Assembly (NCBI GenBank): GCA_964016885.1
Contig: OZ024742.1
Location: 278,194,001-278,258,000 of the forward strand
Length of the DNA: 64,000 nt
Reading direction: 5' to 3'
Source: Eledone cirrhosa
Lineage: Eukaryota
In this document: one piece after another, positions 43,635 through 57,503 of the stretch
Position numbering within the stretch: the first letter of the stretch is position 1
Layout of the letters: each line of letters starts with the position of its first letter
Translations under genes and position numbers: made by a program
The notes under the pieces: generated by a model
Told to the model about the DNA's origin: nothing
The model's database searches: none
Seen by the model: only the letters and a program-made list of their open reading frames with translations

Positions 43635-43780
43635 TTGAGATCGAATCCCGCCGAGGTTAACCTTGTCTTTCATCCTTACGGGGTCTAAAAAATAAAGTAC
43701 CAGTCACGCACTGGTGTCGATTTAATCGACTTTCCCCTGACCTCCAAATTGCTGGCCTTGTGCCTAAAGTAAAAACAATT
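43635..43780 (+). mobile_element. Main SINE (5' degenerate)
   Basis: Matches family body and tail. Confidence 0.85.
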
Positions 43781-44667
43781 ATTATTATTGTTATTGGTGT
43801 TGTTGCTGTTGCCATCTGCCTTAAGATGCACACATTTCCTGTATCTATCGTCGTTGTGTTATATGTATTAGCAGAAAAACCACCCTTCGGGTCGTTTTCT
43901 GCTAGCATGTGTAGTGTGTATATTGATATTATACACAAATATACAAGCATGTAGATATGATACATCAAATAAAATCGTAATTGACAATATACACAGAAAT
44001 TGAACGAAGACTGCGTTACACTGTCTTATGTAATCAGTTACGTAATCCATGATACATTAAAAAAAGACGATATTATATATAAACTGCATTAGGAAAAAAT
44101 TAGTGACGGGAATATATGAATGTTTATTTAAGCGATCGCTAACCGGAAGTGATGACATTTGAACATTTTAAAGAAGTGAATCTTAAAATAAACAACAAAG
44201 TTATTTAATCAAGAATAACGAAATTTAGTAGATAAATTATGTAATATTCATTCATTATTTATTCATAAAACAAAGTACCAGTAATGCACTGGGTAATTTG
44301 CTGGCCTTGTGCCTAACGTAGAAACAATTATTTATTCAAAGTAACCCAACTTATTTTACAAACGGGATAAAATATTATAAAACGTACGCAGTCCAGCATT
44401 CCTTACTTATTATAGTTTAGATAGCCGGTGCCTTCGGTCAGTTTTCTTGGTGTCACACTTGATAACTGTTGTGTTTATTCTGGACCTAATGATTTTAACT
44501 ATTGCTCTATTTAGTGCTTTGTGATTTCCTCAAACAAATCCGATAGTACTTGCTGTACAACAACTAAAACGTCGATTTATACCTATTATATATATTAATA
44601 AAAATAGACCGAGAAACAAGAATATCCTTCATCAGTAGCCTGCTGCTTATCATTGGTATTTCTTCGC

Positions 44668-44732
<65 letters not shown>

Positions 44733-44738
<6 letters not shown>

Positions 44739-45008
44739 AGACGAAAAATCAGTGATGCATCTGAACTCAATTTATTGTGTGTTACAATTGTTTCGCCGGA
44801 GGACAGCTCGAGACGCGATCATTGTGTGGATGTCTGATTCCGGACTCGCAGGTTGGACGGACACGTCTAATGATTTCGGAACATATTCCTGCGGGTCCAG
44901 AATCAAACAGATCCACACAATGATCGCGTCTCGAGCTGTCCGACGGCGAAATAATTGCAACTCACATAAATTGAGTTCAGATACTTCACTGATTTTTCGT
45001 CTTATATT
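44733..45008. mobile_element. Fold-back element with ~120-bp imperfect arms and a 35-bp spacer; degenerate HHR
   Basis: Arms 44733-44852 and 44888-45008; CTaATGA in the spacer (44867-44873); GAAA-CAAUUG-UA in the left arm (minus strand). Confidence 0.8.
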
Positions 45009-45122
45009 CTATGATACTCTGCTCTGAAAGAGCATAGAGTGCTCAACCGGCATACCGCCTATGGAAGCATCTTTGCTACCATCAGGCACCCCCCCACACA
45101 CACGCACACACACACACACACA

Positions 45123-45173
<51 letters not shown>

Positions 45174-45194
45174 GCGCTCATACACACACACATA

Positions 45195-45244
<50 letters not shown>

Positions 45245-45303
45245 TATATATATATATTTATATAATTAATATATGTCTGGATGTGTGTGCAAGTGTTTTT
45301 AAG

Positions 45304-45777
<474 letters not shown>

Positions 45778-45863
45778 ATAATAATAAATTTGAAGACTAA
45801 AATCCAAAGAGGGCTCGATAAGGATACATATATATCAAATATATAAGAACCGTAGAACAATAA

Positions 45864-45896
<33 letters not shown>

Positions 45897-45899
<3 letters not shown>

Positions 45900-46115
45900 T
45901 TGTTAGAGCATTAGGCTTACAATCGAAAGGTTGTGAGTACAATTCTCGGACCGGACGATGTGTTGTTTCCTTGAGCAAGACACTTTATTTCACCTTGCTC
46001 CAGTTTACTCAGGTGTAGAAATGAGTACCAGTCTCCCCCCCCCCCCCAGCCAGTGGGATCGCGTTATCTTATGGCTAAAACAGCACGACGTGCTGTGACA
46101 GTCGGTCAAGGTGAT
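45897..46115 (+). mobile_element. SINE family 2
   Basis: Near-identical to 2880-3120. Confidence 0.88.
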
Positions 46116-46124
46116 ATATATATA

Positions 46125-46262
46125 AGATAGGGTGTGGCAAAATCCAGCTACACCATATCCCAGTACTAGATACTTGGGATAGTAGAGTGGGTAATATGAA
46201 AAGATTCGGTTCGGATGTAGCTGTCGAAACGACCGGAGTTCAGCCACCGAGGTCCTGAATAT

Positions 46263-46267
<5 letters not shown>
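46125..46267. mobile_element. PLE terminal remnant (tail plus inverted HHR 3' half)
   Basis: Similar to 49660-49787 and 33110-33235. Confidence 0.7.
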
Positions 46268-46335
<68 letters not shown>

Positions 46336-46448
46336 TTATTACGGGTTGAAAAAAGATATAAATACCACTACTTACTTGGACAGCCAGCTCCCTGATGATT
46401 TCTCACGATTGAAACAGTCCTAGTCCTATAGAAGCTCTTCTCTCTCTC

Positions 46449-46556
<108 letters not shown>

Positions 46557-47457
46557 ATTGTGTGTGTTTTTGTTTGTGTTTATAATGACTGTACATATCT
46601 ATTTTCTATATTGTTACTGATGGTGGAATGCCTATTGATGTTGATGATGATGACGATGATGATGGTGATGAAGATTAAGATCATTATGATAAGTAAAATG
46701 ACCATGATTGCGATGACACGATAGTCACATCATATGCTATTTTAATTACTGTCTTGGAAGCTGATTTAATACCACTTTCTTCTCTTCCTTTCTTCATTTC
46801 GTTCCTCAGTTCCTTCCCTCATACTTTCCTGCCTTCCTTTTATTCTAATATATTTATTCATTAAGTTTGCTTTCTTTTTTTCAGTTTCATAACTCTCTTC
46901 CCCTGCCATCTCATTACACACATTTTGTCTTTCTCTTTCTTGGTTTAGCAAGCCTCTAGCCTAACCTGCTCCACATCTTTTTTTTTCAAACCCCTCTCCA
47001 CCTAGTCTCCTTTCTGTCCAACACCAGCCCTAACATCAATACCAACACCACATCCGTATTTGTTCGATTTTCTGGAGAGTTCATCGTTAGTTTCTATAAA
47101 TATTCATGTTTGTGTAACAATTTTCAAAAATGTCTGAAGGTATTTGAATACATTTTTTGTTGCTTTTGTAGCTCTCGTTGCGATCATAGTGGCGGTTTTG
47201 GAAGTGGTTGTGGTAACGGGGCTGGTAATAGAAAAGCTTGTGGTGGTGCTGGGTTGGTTGTTGCTGGTTGTGGTAGTTTAGTTAATGAAGATGGTGATGG
47301 GGTTTGCTTTAGTGGTATTAGTGTTGCTGGTGATGATGGTGGCATTTGTAGTGAGGGTGGTGATGGGGGAAGTGGTAATGATGGTAATGAATGTGACAAT
47401 GAGGGTTGTCTAGTTGCTGCTGGTGGTGGTTGTTGTTGGTCTTTTTCTTTTTATTAG

Positions 47458-48112
47458 CTTGGTGGATTGGCAGTATCGGTAGAAGGACTGACACCATGCT
47501 TTGCCGCAAAGAGTTACGGCCCTTTATGGTCTGTGTTCAAATCCCGCCGAGGTTAACTTTGCCTTTCATTCTTACGGGGTCGATAAAATAAAGTACCAGT
47601 AATACTCTGAGATAATTGCTGGCCTTGTGCCAAAAGAAACAATTATTAGCCTGGTCTAGAGCGGTGGATTGGCAGTATCGGTGGAGAGTGGACGCCATGT
47701 TTTGCAGTATAGAGTTACAGGCCTTTACGTTCTGTGTTCAAATCCCACCGAGGTTAGTTTTGCTTTTCATCCTTACAGGGTCGATAAAATAAAGCACCAG
47801 TAATACACTGGGGGTCGATATAATTGACTTCCCCTCACCTTCAAATTGCTGGCCTTGGGCCTAAAGTAGAAACAATTAGCCTGGTCTAGGGCGGTCAATT
47901 GGCAGTATTGGTAGAGCGTCGGATAATATGCTTTACGCCATAGAGTAACGACCCTTTACGTTCTTAGTTCAAATCCAGCCGAGGTTAGATTCGCCTTTCA
48001 TCCATACGGGGCCGATAAAATAATATACCAGTAATGCAATGGGGTTGATTTAATCGATTTACACCTTCCCCAAATTGTTGGTCTTGTGCCTATGGTAGAA
48101 ATCATTATTAGC
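47458..48112 (+). mobile_element. Three head-to-tail main-SINE copies
   Basis: Units start near 47460, 47662 and 47890, each followed by ttagc(c)tggtct. Confidence 0.9.
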
Positions 48113-48586
48113 TGGTCTGCAGGAAGGAGCAGTGAGAATAGTCTTTGCTGGTCAAAGAAGACAGGTAACATTGGTGTTGTATGAGCGGAAATAATATTTC
48201 TAATAATAATATTTTCAACTAAAAAAACAAAATGTCTCACAAAAAAGAAGAATGATTTTATGGTATTATCTTATATTTAGGACTATATCATATAATATGT
48301 CCATTATTCTGAAATGCAGTGAGGTGTGACATAAGAGGAATCTGACTACTATATCTATCCGATCCAACAACTATTTACAAATATCCATCTTTGGTGCGTT
48401 GTTGTGTTGTTGGTCCCGACGATATTAAAATAGTTATTTTCATTTCTATAATTGTTGTTGTATACTAGTTATGGCAACTATATATTTTTTGGGTGATGTA
48501 GGGTTGTTAGTGATATTCCTGCCAGCTTAGGATATTTGGTGAACCTCTCCTTTGTTAATGTATGTCTGGATGTGTGCAAGTGTTTT

Positions 48587-49383
<797 letters not shown>

Positions 49384-49386
<3 letters not shown>

Positions 49387-49783
49387 CGAATGAAATGTGG
49401 TAAGGAACCAGATGGACCATAACGCACCAAAGTACTCAATACTTAGGGTAGTAGAGTGGGTAATAGGAACGAGTAGGACCCCGACGGCTGAGCTCAAGGC
49501 GTTTCGACGGCTAATTCTGGACTAAAATGTTGCATTTTAGTTCAGAATTAGCCGTCGAAACGGCTTGCGCTCAGCCATCGGGGTCCTACTCGTTCCTATA
49601 TATAGGAAAAGAGTCAGGACCCCGACGGCTGAGTTCCGGCCGTTTCAACAGATCCGATCTAGCTGTCCAAACGACCGGAGCTCAGCCGCAGGGTCCTGAC
49701 TCCCTATTGTCCGCTCTACTATCCTTAGTATTAAATAGTCTGGTGCGTTATGGCCCACCAGGTATCACACCACACCCGCTTTG

Positions 49784-49787
<4 letters not shown>
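49384..49787. mobile_element. Two adjacent short PLE fold-back remnants
   Basis: Hairpins centred near 49531 and 49655, built from the HHR 3' half and tail of the 30.9-36.7 kb PLE family. Confidence 0.82.
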
Positions 49788-49821
<34 letters not shown>

Positions 49822-49853
49822 AGATCAAAAGATGGTTAAAGGAGTTCCATATA

Positions 49854-49920
49854 TTTTATTATGCGCATTTCAAAAACAAACATCATCAAACAATAATATT
49901 TGTGTTTTCATCAGATAAAA
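49854..49920 (-). ncRNA. Type I hammerhead ribozyme (left arm)
   Basis: Mirror of 51402-51468. Confidence 0.82.
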
Positions 49921-51401
49921 CACGAGAACATGATATGAAGGCTAAAAAACACTTGTTGATAGTGCAGTTTTAAATCAACATATGAAAAGTGGTTTTAGAT
50001 TGATGTGTGATATTGGGAAAAATATTTTATTTAGAGAGGGGGGGAGAAAAGGATGAAAAGGGAAGGAGATGAGAGGGAGAGATGGGTGATAGAGAGAAAG
50101 AGATAGTTTTTATAACTGAGAGGAGATATATTTTATATAGAGGGGTTGAAAACCGTTGGAAGATACTGTATAAATTAAAAATTTTGAAAATTAACGAAGG
50201 GAGGATATGTGCGAGGAAAAAATATTTTATTTAGGGAGGGGGGGGGGAGGATGAAAAAAAGGGGAGGAGATGAGAGTGAAGGTGGAAAGGGAGAGATGGG
50301 TGATAGAGAGAAAGAGATAGTTTTTATAACTGAGAAAAAGATATAATGTTTTAATATAGAGAGGTTGGGAACCGTTGGAAGATAATGTATAAATTAAAGG
50401 AATTTGAAAATTAACGAAGGGAAATTATGTATGAAGATAGAGAGAAAAAAATAATAATTGTGGGTGAATATTCTAACGTCAAAAGAAGAAATGTATGTAT
50501 TGTGGGAATTTCAAAATTAGCAAAGAGAAAAATGTTAAGGTTTATGTGTAGAAGGATTTGAGAAAAATAATGTGATGTTAAAGTTTGTATATTGAATTCA
50601 TATGTATTAATAATGAGTTCGTTGATGGGGAGAAAAAAATAATAATAAATTAAGGATGAAATTTCATCCTTAATTTATTATTATTTTTTTCTCCCCATCA
50701 ACGAACTCATTATTAATACATATGAATTCAATATACAAACTTTAACATCACATTATTTTTCTCAAATCCTTCTACACATAAACCTTAACATTTTTCTCTT
50801 TGCTAATTTTGAAATTCCCACAATACATACATTTCTTCTTTTGACGTTAGAATATTCACCCACAATTATTATTTTTTTCTCTCTATCTTCATACATAATT
50901 TCCCTTCGTTAATTTTCAAATTCCTTTAATTTATACATTATCTTCCAACGGTTCCCAACCTCTCTATATTAAAACATTATATCTTTTTCTCAGTTATAAA
51001 AACTATCTCTTTCTCTCTATCACCCATCTCTCCCTTTCCACCTTCACTCTCATCTCCTCCCCTTTTTTTCATCCTCCCCCCCCTCCCTAAATAAAATATT
51101 TTTTCCTCGCACATATCCTCCCTTCGTTAATTTTCAAAATTTTTAATTTATACAGTATCTTCCAACGGTTTTCAACCCCTCTATATAAAATATATCTCCT
51201 CTCAGTTATAAAAACTATCTCTTTCTCTCTATCACCCATCTCTCCCTCTCATCTCCTTCCCTTTTCATCCTTTTCTCCCCCCCCTCTCTAAATAAAATAT
51301 TTTTCCCAATATCACACATCAATCTAAAACCACTTTTCATATGTTGATTTAAAACTGCACTATCAACAAGTGTTTTTTAGCCTTCATATCATGTTCTCGT
51401 G

Positions 51402-51468
51402 TTTTATCTGATGAAAACACAAATATTATTGTTTGATGATGTTTGTTTTTGAAATGCGCATAATAAAA
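51402..51468 (+). ncRNA. Type I hammerhead ribozyme (right arm)
   Basis: UUUUAU-CUGAUGA-AAAC...GUUUUU-GAAA-UGCGCA-UA^-AUAAAA; palindromic stem III AUGCGCAU. Confidence 0.82.
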
Positions 51469-51591
51469 TATATGGAACTCCTTTAACCATCTTTTGATCT
51501 TATATTATGCATACTCCAGTCCCACAAACTGTAGAGTGCTTCTTATCCGATATCTGCATTGCTTTATTGTACTACAATAAAACTCACCTCC

Positions 51592-51877
<286 letters not shown>

Positions 51878-52229
51878 ACAATGCACATAACTGTAATGAT
51901 AGTTGATAACTACAGAAAATAGTTGAGGAAATCGGGAAATGTTTACATGTCCAGCGTCACGCTTAAATCTTTTGAAGAAACGGTGATGATCGGCCAATAT
52001 ACCTTTGATATAATGATTAAACACGCTCACCTAGCATCTCAGAGATGAGTCATTCGATTCCTCGTATTATCTCTGACCACCTTTTCCATTATCCAGAAAT
52101 ACTTTACATGATTTATTCAACTATCATATATTGTTACCAAATTTTACTATAATTATTTGCATTGTGGCGACTATAATTTGAAATTTCAAATTTCCCAGGG
52201 ATTTTAAAGTCAACTAAGTTGATTACACC

Positions 52230-53470
52230 CTTCTTCTATAAGTTACCGGTGCCATGATGAAGATCTTCCTCCAGTACACCCTGTCCGGCATTGCCGTCTG
52301 AATTTCCCTTGTTTGCAGCCCGGTGTCATATTCAAGAACATCCTTCAGAGTGGTCGCTGGTCCCACAACTCATGTACGCATACCAGGATTCTAGAAAAGA
52401 ACTGTCAGCAGGTTCATTGTGACATTTCCTATGTCCGGCTAATATGAGCCTCGTACGGCTTATGATGTCATAAAGGTGAAGGTGTGAGCCACAGAGCGAT
52501 TTATTCGCTATGTGTGTTTTCCAGAATATGTTCTGCATTCTTCTCAGCATTGTGAGTTCTTTTGTCCGTGTCCATGTCTCAAACCCGTAGAAGAGAATGC
52601 ACTGAAATGTTGCATTTCGTGGATTTCTTGATCGGAGACACCGACGCCTTTGATAGGGAGTTGAGAGCCTACCATGCCATGCCTATCATAATGTCAACAT
52701 CATGATCTGTGTTCTTAAAACTGCCAATGTACAAGAAGTCATCGGCTACCTCAATCTCTGAATCGTCCAGCGTATGCATTTGTTTACTTGACTTTGCATT
52801 GAGATGAATGATGTTTGTTTTACCAGCATTAAAGAAAATATCAATGGACTGCGCTTCAACATCCACTCTGAGTAGCCCGTCTTCAGCTTCTTTGCAGGTG
52901 TTCTCCAGGAGAGTTCTCTCATCTGCGTGAACCATTTCAGCTACAACTTCCTTCGGATGTCGGGTGCTTTCTCGCCTTTTCTGCCTTATCCACCTATGAA
53001 CACAATTGCTGCCTCCTTCTTGTGATTCCAATCCTTCTTAGAGTTAAGATGTGTGAGTCAGTGGAGCGAAATGGTTGGAATCCATTTTGGTCGGAACGTA
53101 TAATTTTGTCGATACTTGATCTGATCATATTCAAGATCATCCTATTGTAAGTCTTTGCTGCAATTTGCGTAAGACTGATGTCTCTATAGTTAGTGGAGAT
53201 GGTAAGGTCAATTTTCTAGGGTATTAGTACCATTCCTGATATTCTGCACTCCTTAGGCCTGCACCCTTCAAAAGTTTCGATGCAGACGACTCTTAGAAAC
53301 TTGGTAGCTTCGGGCAGTTTCCATAGATCTACCGTTAGGCCATCAAGCCCTGAAGCTTTGCCTGATTTCATTACATTCTTGAGGACCATGCAGGGACCGA
53401 AAACCATGGGTTCTAACCGTGGAGCTGTTGTTTGTACCAGTTCTTTTCTTTTAGCTGAAATACTGTAATG
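52230..53470 (-). pseudogene. Decayed RTE-like LINE ORF fragments
   Basis: MKSGKASGLDGLTVDLWK; DDFLYIGS..DVDI.IGMAW; MLRRMQNIFWKTHIAN..RLILAGH. Confidence 0.75.
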
Positions 53471-54899
53471 GCTTGCCAGGTCTCACACATGCGCAATACT
53501 CACTGATGGAGGCAGAGTTCTCTTACCATTGACTTGATGATCAATTCCTCCGATAGGGGAACAACCACTGAAAATAAGATGATTGTTTATCAGAGCTCAC
53601 TTTCCAGCACAATAACTATTCCTGCTTGCCTAACGGATATTTGCACCTGCATGGGTCACTGCCAGGTACTATGCCTTGCCAAAGGGTAACCTGGGATTTT
53701 GTTCAGGGCTGCTTACTCAATATATTCGCAGCTAACCTTCATATCTAAAGGTCGTTCCTCTATTTGACACCGAAGGCCCGGTGTTATGGGAGATAACCAC
53801 ATACATACACATATATTTGTACCTGCTTATCTATACCTTTCAACTCGGCCATACATGGTGATTAACTTATTCTATACTCCCATAAGCGAATTGACGAATG
53901 GGAAGCCTTGCGGTATTTGTTTCAGCTTATCCATTCTTTGTTGTAAGATTTAATCCATTGCCATGATTAACACGACCAAATAGGCCTTTGATGTTGGCCC
54001 GCATTAAGCCATGGCGAGGTGTCTAGGCTTTCAAATATCTTGTACCCCGTCTGTCACTTCAGTGCTTCACCTCACTACAACTGACAGCCTGATCCTGGTA
54101 CGGTATATCTAATTAATGCAACAAGTTATCAAATCGACACTTTAACAAGATACAGTGAAAAACCTTTATGGATTATTACGTATTGATTACGTATAATGAA
54201 TTTTTTTTTCTCAAAAATATTTACATGCCTCTAATCTCTGATGGGCTCCGAAGCTTCAGCCTAGTCATCCTTATGGATAAAACTTTGATAACTCTAGAGC
54301 AAAGGTTCTCAACCCATTCCGGCCAAACGCCCCCTTTTGCCCCTCAAAATCACGAAACGACTCCTACCCTATTTTTCCCTTTTTCAATATACTACTGATT
54401 TTGATATCAGTAGATTACTAAAAAATTGATTAACGATATTCCAAAGATACCATTGCAGGCAATTGAAAGTATAAATACATTCCTGGAAAGGAAATATATA
54501 CATTTCAAAAAAAGGTACATAAATGTTCTTTTTTATGAATAAAAACCAGTTGAATTTGTTATATTCCCACCAGAGGATATTAGCTATTTTGAACATTTAT
54601 ACAAGAGCAACTCTGTCTATCCAAAGAGTGCTCCTATCTGGAAGAAAGTGGCAATTGTATTATTTCAATCTTTCCAATTTTCCCTTTAATGAAACGGACA
54701 GAATAAATGTTGATATCTAACTTGATGTCCCCTCCGCTTTGTGAGCTTAGAGACCACGCAAGAGGGTTTTCATGACCACGTAATTCATTAGTAAACGGTA
54801 AAATATATACAACAAATGAGTAAGAGAATTGTGGTAGATGGTTTCCAGTCCAGCCAGACTGCAACTACAGATAAAAAATCGACTTACTTTGACCTCGTA

Positions 54900-55620
54900 T
54901 CAATGGGACCCTTGAGCTTCATGGAGTTTAGCTAACTCTTTGACGTCAGGCTGGATTTTCGTGAGCTGTAGCCGGAGATCTCCACGTGCAATCACATTGT
55001 AGCGGTTGCGAGCCTTACTATGCAGTCTGAAAACAACGCCAAACCCCCTCTCGACTAAGTATGAGCTAGGAAAAGGCAGAGCAAATCTCTTAGCCTCTGC
55101 ATGTAGGAGTGGAAATCGACACTGAATTTCCTCTTGCATCCCAAAAAGAGGTTCACGTATTTGGGAAAATTTAATTTTGATAATGTCATCTGTCTGAAGT
55201 TCAATTAATTCTTCCTGAAATTTAACGTCGAAATCGTCGACGTTAGCTATGAAGGGATCTGCTCTCCACATTGGGATGTCCATCTGAAAAAGGTCGACAA
55301 ACCGTTCTTTCATGTTGTCTTGTAGTGCACGGAGGTGCGCGGTATAAATTTGGAGTTGGTCATCACTCACCATGTTTTGAACATTGGTGACACTAGGAAA
55401 ATTATAGAATTCCCGTTGACAAAGATTCCTTTCGATGACTTTAATTTGGCCAAGAATATTTTCACAGCATTCCTTGTTTTAAACAAGGTGATCTCCTCCT
55501 GCAAAGCCATAATGAGGCTATTGCATTTGTCGAAGATGTCGGCGAGGTAGGCGCAGTCTTGCCTCACATCGAGAATCTTTTTAATACAGTTCTGTGTTGC
55601 GTCCTCGAAGAAACTCTGAT
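54900..55620 (-). pseudogene. hAT transposase C-terminal part (Buster/ZBED-like), frameshifted
   Basis: AYLADIFDKCNSL..LQ; HLRALQDNMKERF; FPSSYLVERGF; RGDLRLQLTKIQPDV..L...QGSH. Confidence 0.9.
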
Positions 55621-55639
55621 AGAGTCGAACAGTTCAAAG

Positions 55640-56103
55640 AAGCAACATGCTACCTAGATTGAAGGTGGTACTTTGAAAAGATTTCTTCAATCCTTCAAGG
55701 AATTGAAGTAATGGAACTACAACGTGCAATCCAAGAACACATTGGCCAGAGAGTGACACGTAAGAATAACATTAGCTCTGGATGCAATGTTGGTGCCAAA
55801 CTCATTTGTTGCCTCTTGTAAAGAAATAGGGACATCTGAATAATTGTCAAGAAGGGCTTTGACTTCAGAAAGTCGTGTTAGCCATCGAGTAGGGCACACA
55901 GGTGTTAACGAGCGCGGTGACGATACTTCATTTTCTTCATCATGTTGTGATAAATACGCTTGCTTAAATTTCTCTGATGTACTATATAGTTTCCGCAATT
56001 CATTCACGTAATCTAGAACAGTTTTGATAAGTGAAGCTGGTTGCACGGACTTAGTTATAATAAGTTGAGAAATATGAATGCCGCAGTGCACGTAATGGGC
56101 CAA
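55640..56103 (-). pseudogene. Fragment of a second, different hAT transposase
   Basis: YVHCGIHISQL and LTPVCPTRWLTR, typical of the hAT catalytic-core CxxH and RW motifs. Confidence 0.72.
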
Positions 56104-56565
56104 ATCAAGTTATGTTAGAATCATTAAAAAGATCTTTAAAAAATACCCGTACGAATTAAATATAAAGAAAGTTTCAGTCCAAAACAAAAGCAAACAATTT
56201 CAAATTATATATTTTTGAAAAATAGACGTGAATGTTCTCAAAGACTTGATTTCAGTCGAAATTTCTTTTTTTAAATTCTATATTTCACTGTTAGCTGTTG
56301 TAATATTTTGATTGGATAAACAATTCTACAATTCAAACTGTAAAGTCAAAATACAAAAGGTGTAAAATATGAAGAATTTCTTACCTTTCTCTGAAATCAC
56401 AAACTCAGGAGAAACATAGTACCTTGCAAAATAAAATACCTCGTAGCAAAGTAAAATACTTAGCAACGAATGAATTGAGAAGCTTGGAGACAGTGAGAAA
56501 GTAGTATTTGTATCCTTATATATATATACATAGATTGATACACAGACACACACAAACACACATAG

Positions 56566-56650
<85 letters not shown>

Positions 56651-56766
56651 CACAAACTTGTGTGTGTGTGTGCCTTGGTTTGGGTACAGAAAGAATTTTG
56701 TCTACAGTTTTTTATTGCCACGTCAAAGGCCACTGCTCTTTTCAACAACGCCAAATAACAACGCTC

Positions 56767-56802
<36 letters not shown>

Positions 56803-56803
56803 C

Positions 56804-56916
<113 letters not shown>

Positions 56917-57016
56917 AATGAAGAGAGAAAGAGGGAGGGACAGAGAGAGTAAGAAATGTGTGTGTGTTTGGTACACGTCTATCTATCTATCTATCTATCT
57001 ATCTATTTATCTCCAT

Positions 57017-57110
57017 CAGGGGGCTCACACATGCGGCCCGCGAACTACTTATCTGTGGCCCGTGGTAGAACCAATATTTCATATCGCATTATAACTGGTG
57101 AACATTTTCA
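57017..57110 (+). mobile_element. Probable hAT MITE terminus
   Basis: cagggggctcacacatgcggcccgcg...tggcccgtgg, resembling Charlie-type ends. Confidence 0.45.
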
Positions 57111-57193
57111 CCCACCACCACATTTGGCCCACTGTGCCTCTCCTCCAGGACGTAATAGCCCTTTTGTGTCCTTGAGTTTGTGACCCCTCTTCT

Positions 57194-57233
<40 letters not shown>

Positions 57234-57503
57234 TTCTTTTTTCTGTCTCTGGACTACGCCCATGCTGGAGCATCACCTTGGTAAATTATGGGGACGTCAA
57301 CAAACCAACAAGCATTGGTGGGAGGGCAAACACAAACGCAAAGACACACACAGACATATATAAATATATACGACGGGCTTCTTTTAGTTTCGATCTATCA
57401 AATCCACTCACAGGGCTTTGGTCGGCTCGGGCAGTGGGACTGAACCCGGAAATATGTGGTTGGGAAACAAGCTTCTTGTCACACTGCATATATATATATA
57501 TAT

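Larger units (their letters stand above)
49814..51508. repeat. 1.7-kb zero-spacer palindrome of a PLE-type 3' region
   Basis: Centre GGATGAAA|TTTCATCC at 50661/50662; arms about 848 bp; each arm has an internal ~200-bp tandem duplication and an HHR near its outer end. Confidence 0.95.

Noticed and set aside
44629-44640. CTGATGA on the minus strand near (TA)n
   Set aside because: No matching GAAA, stem III or stem I partner found downstream
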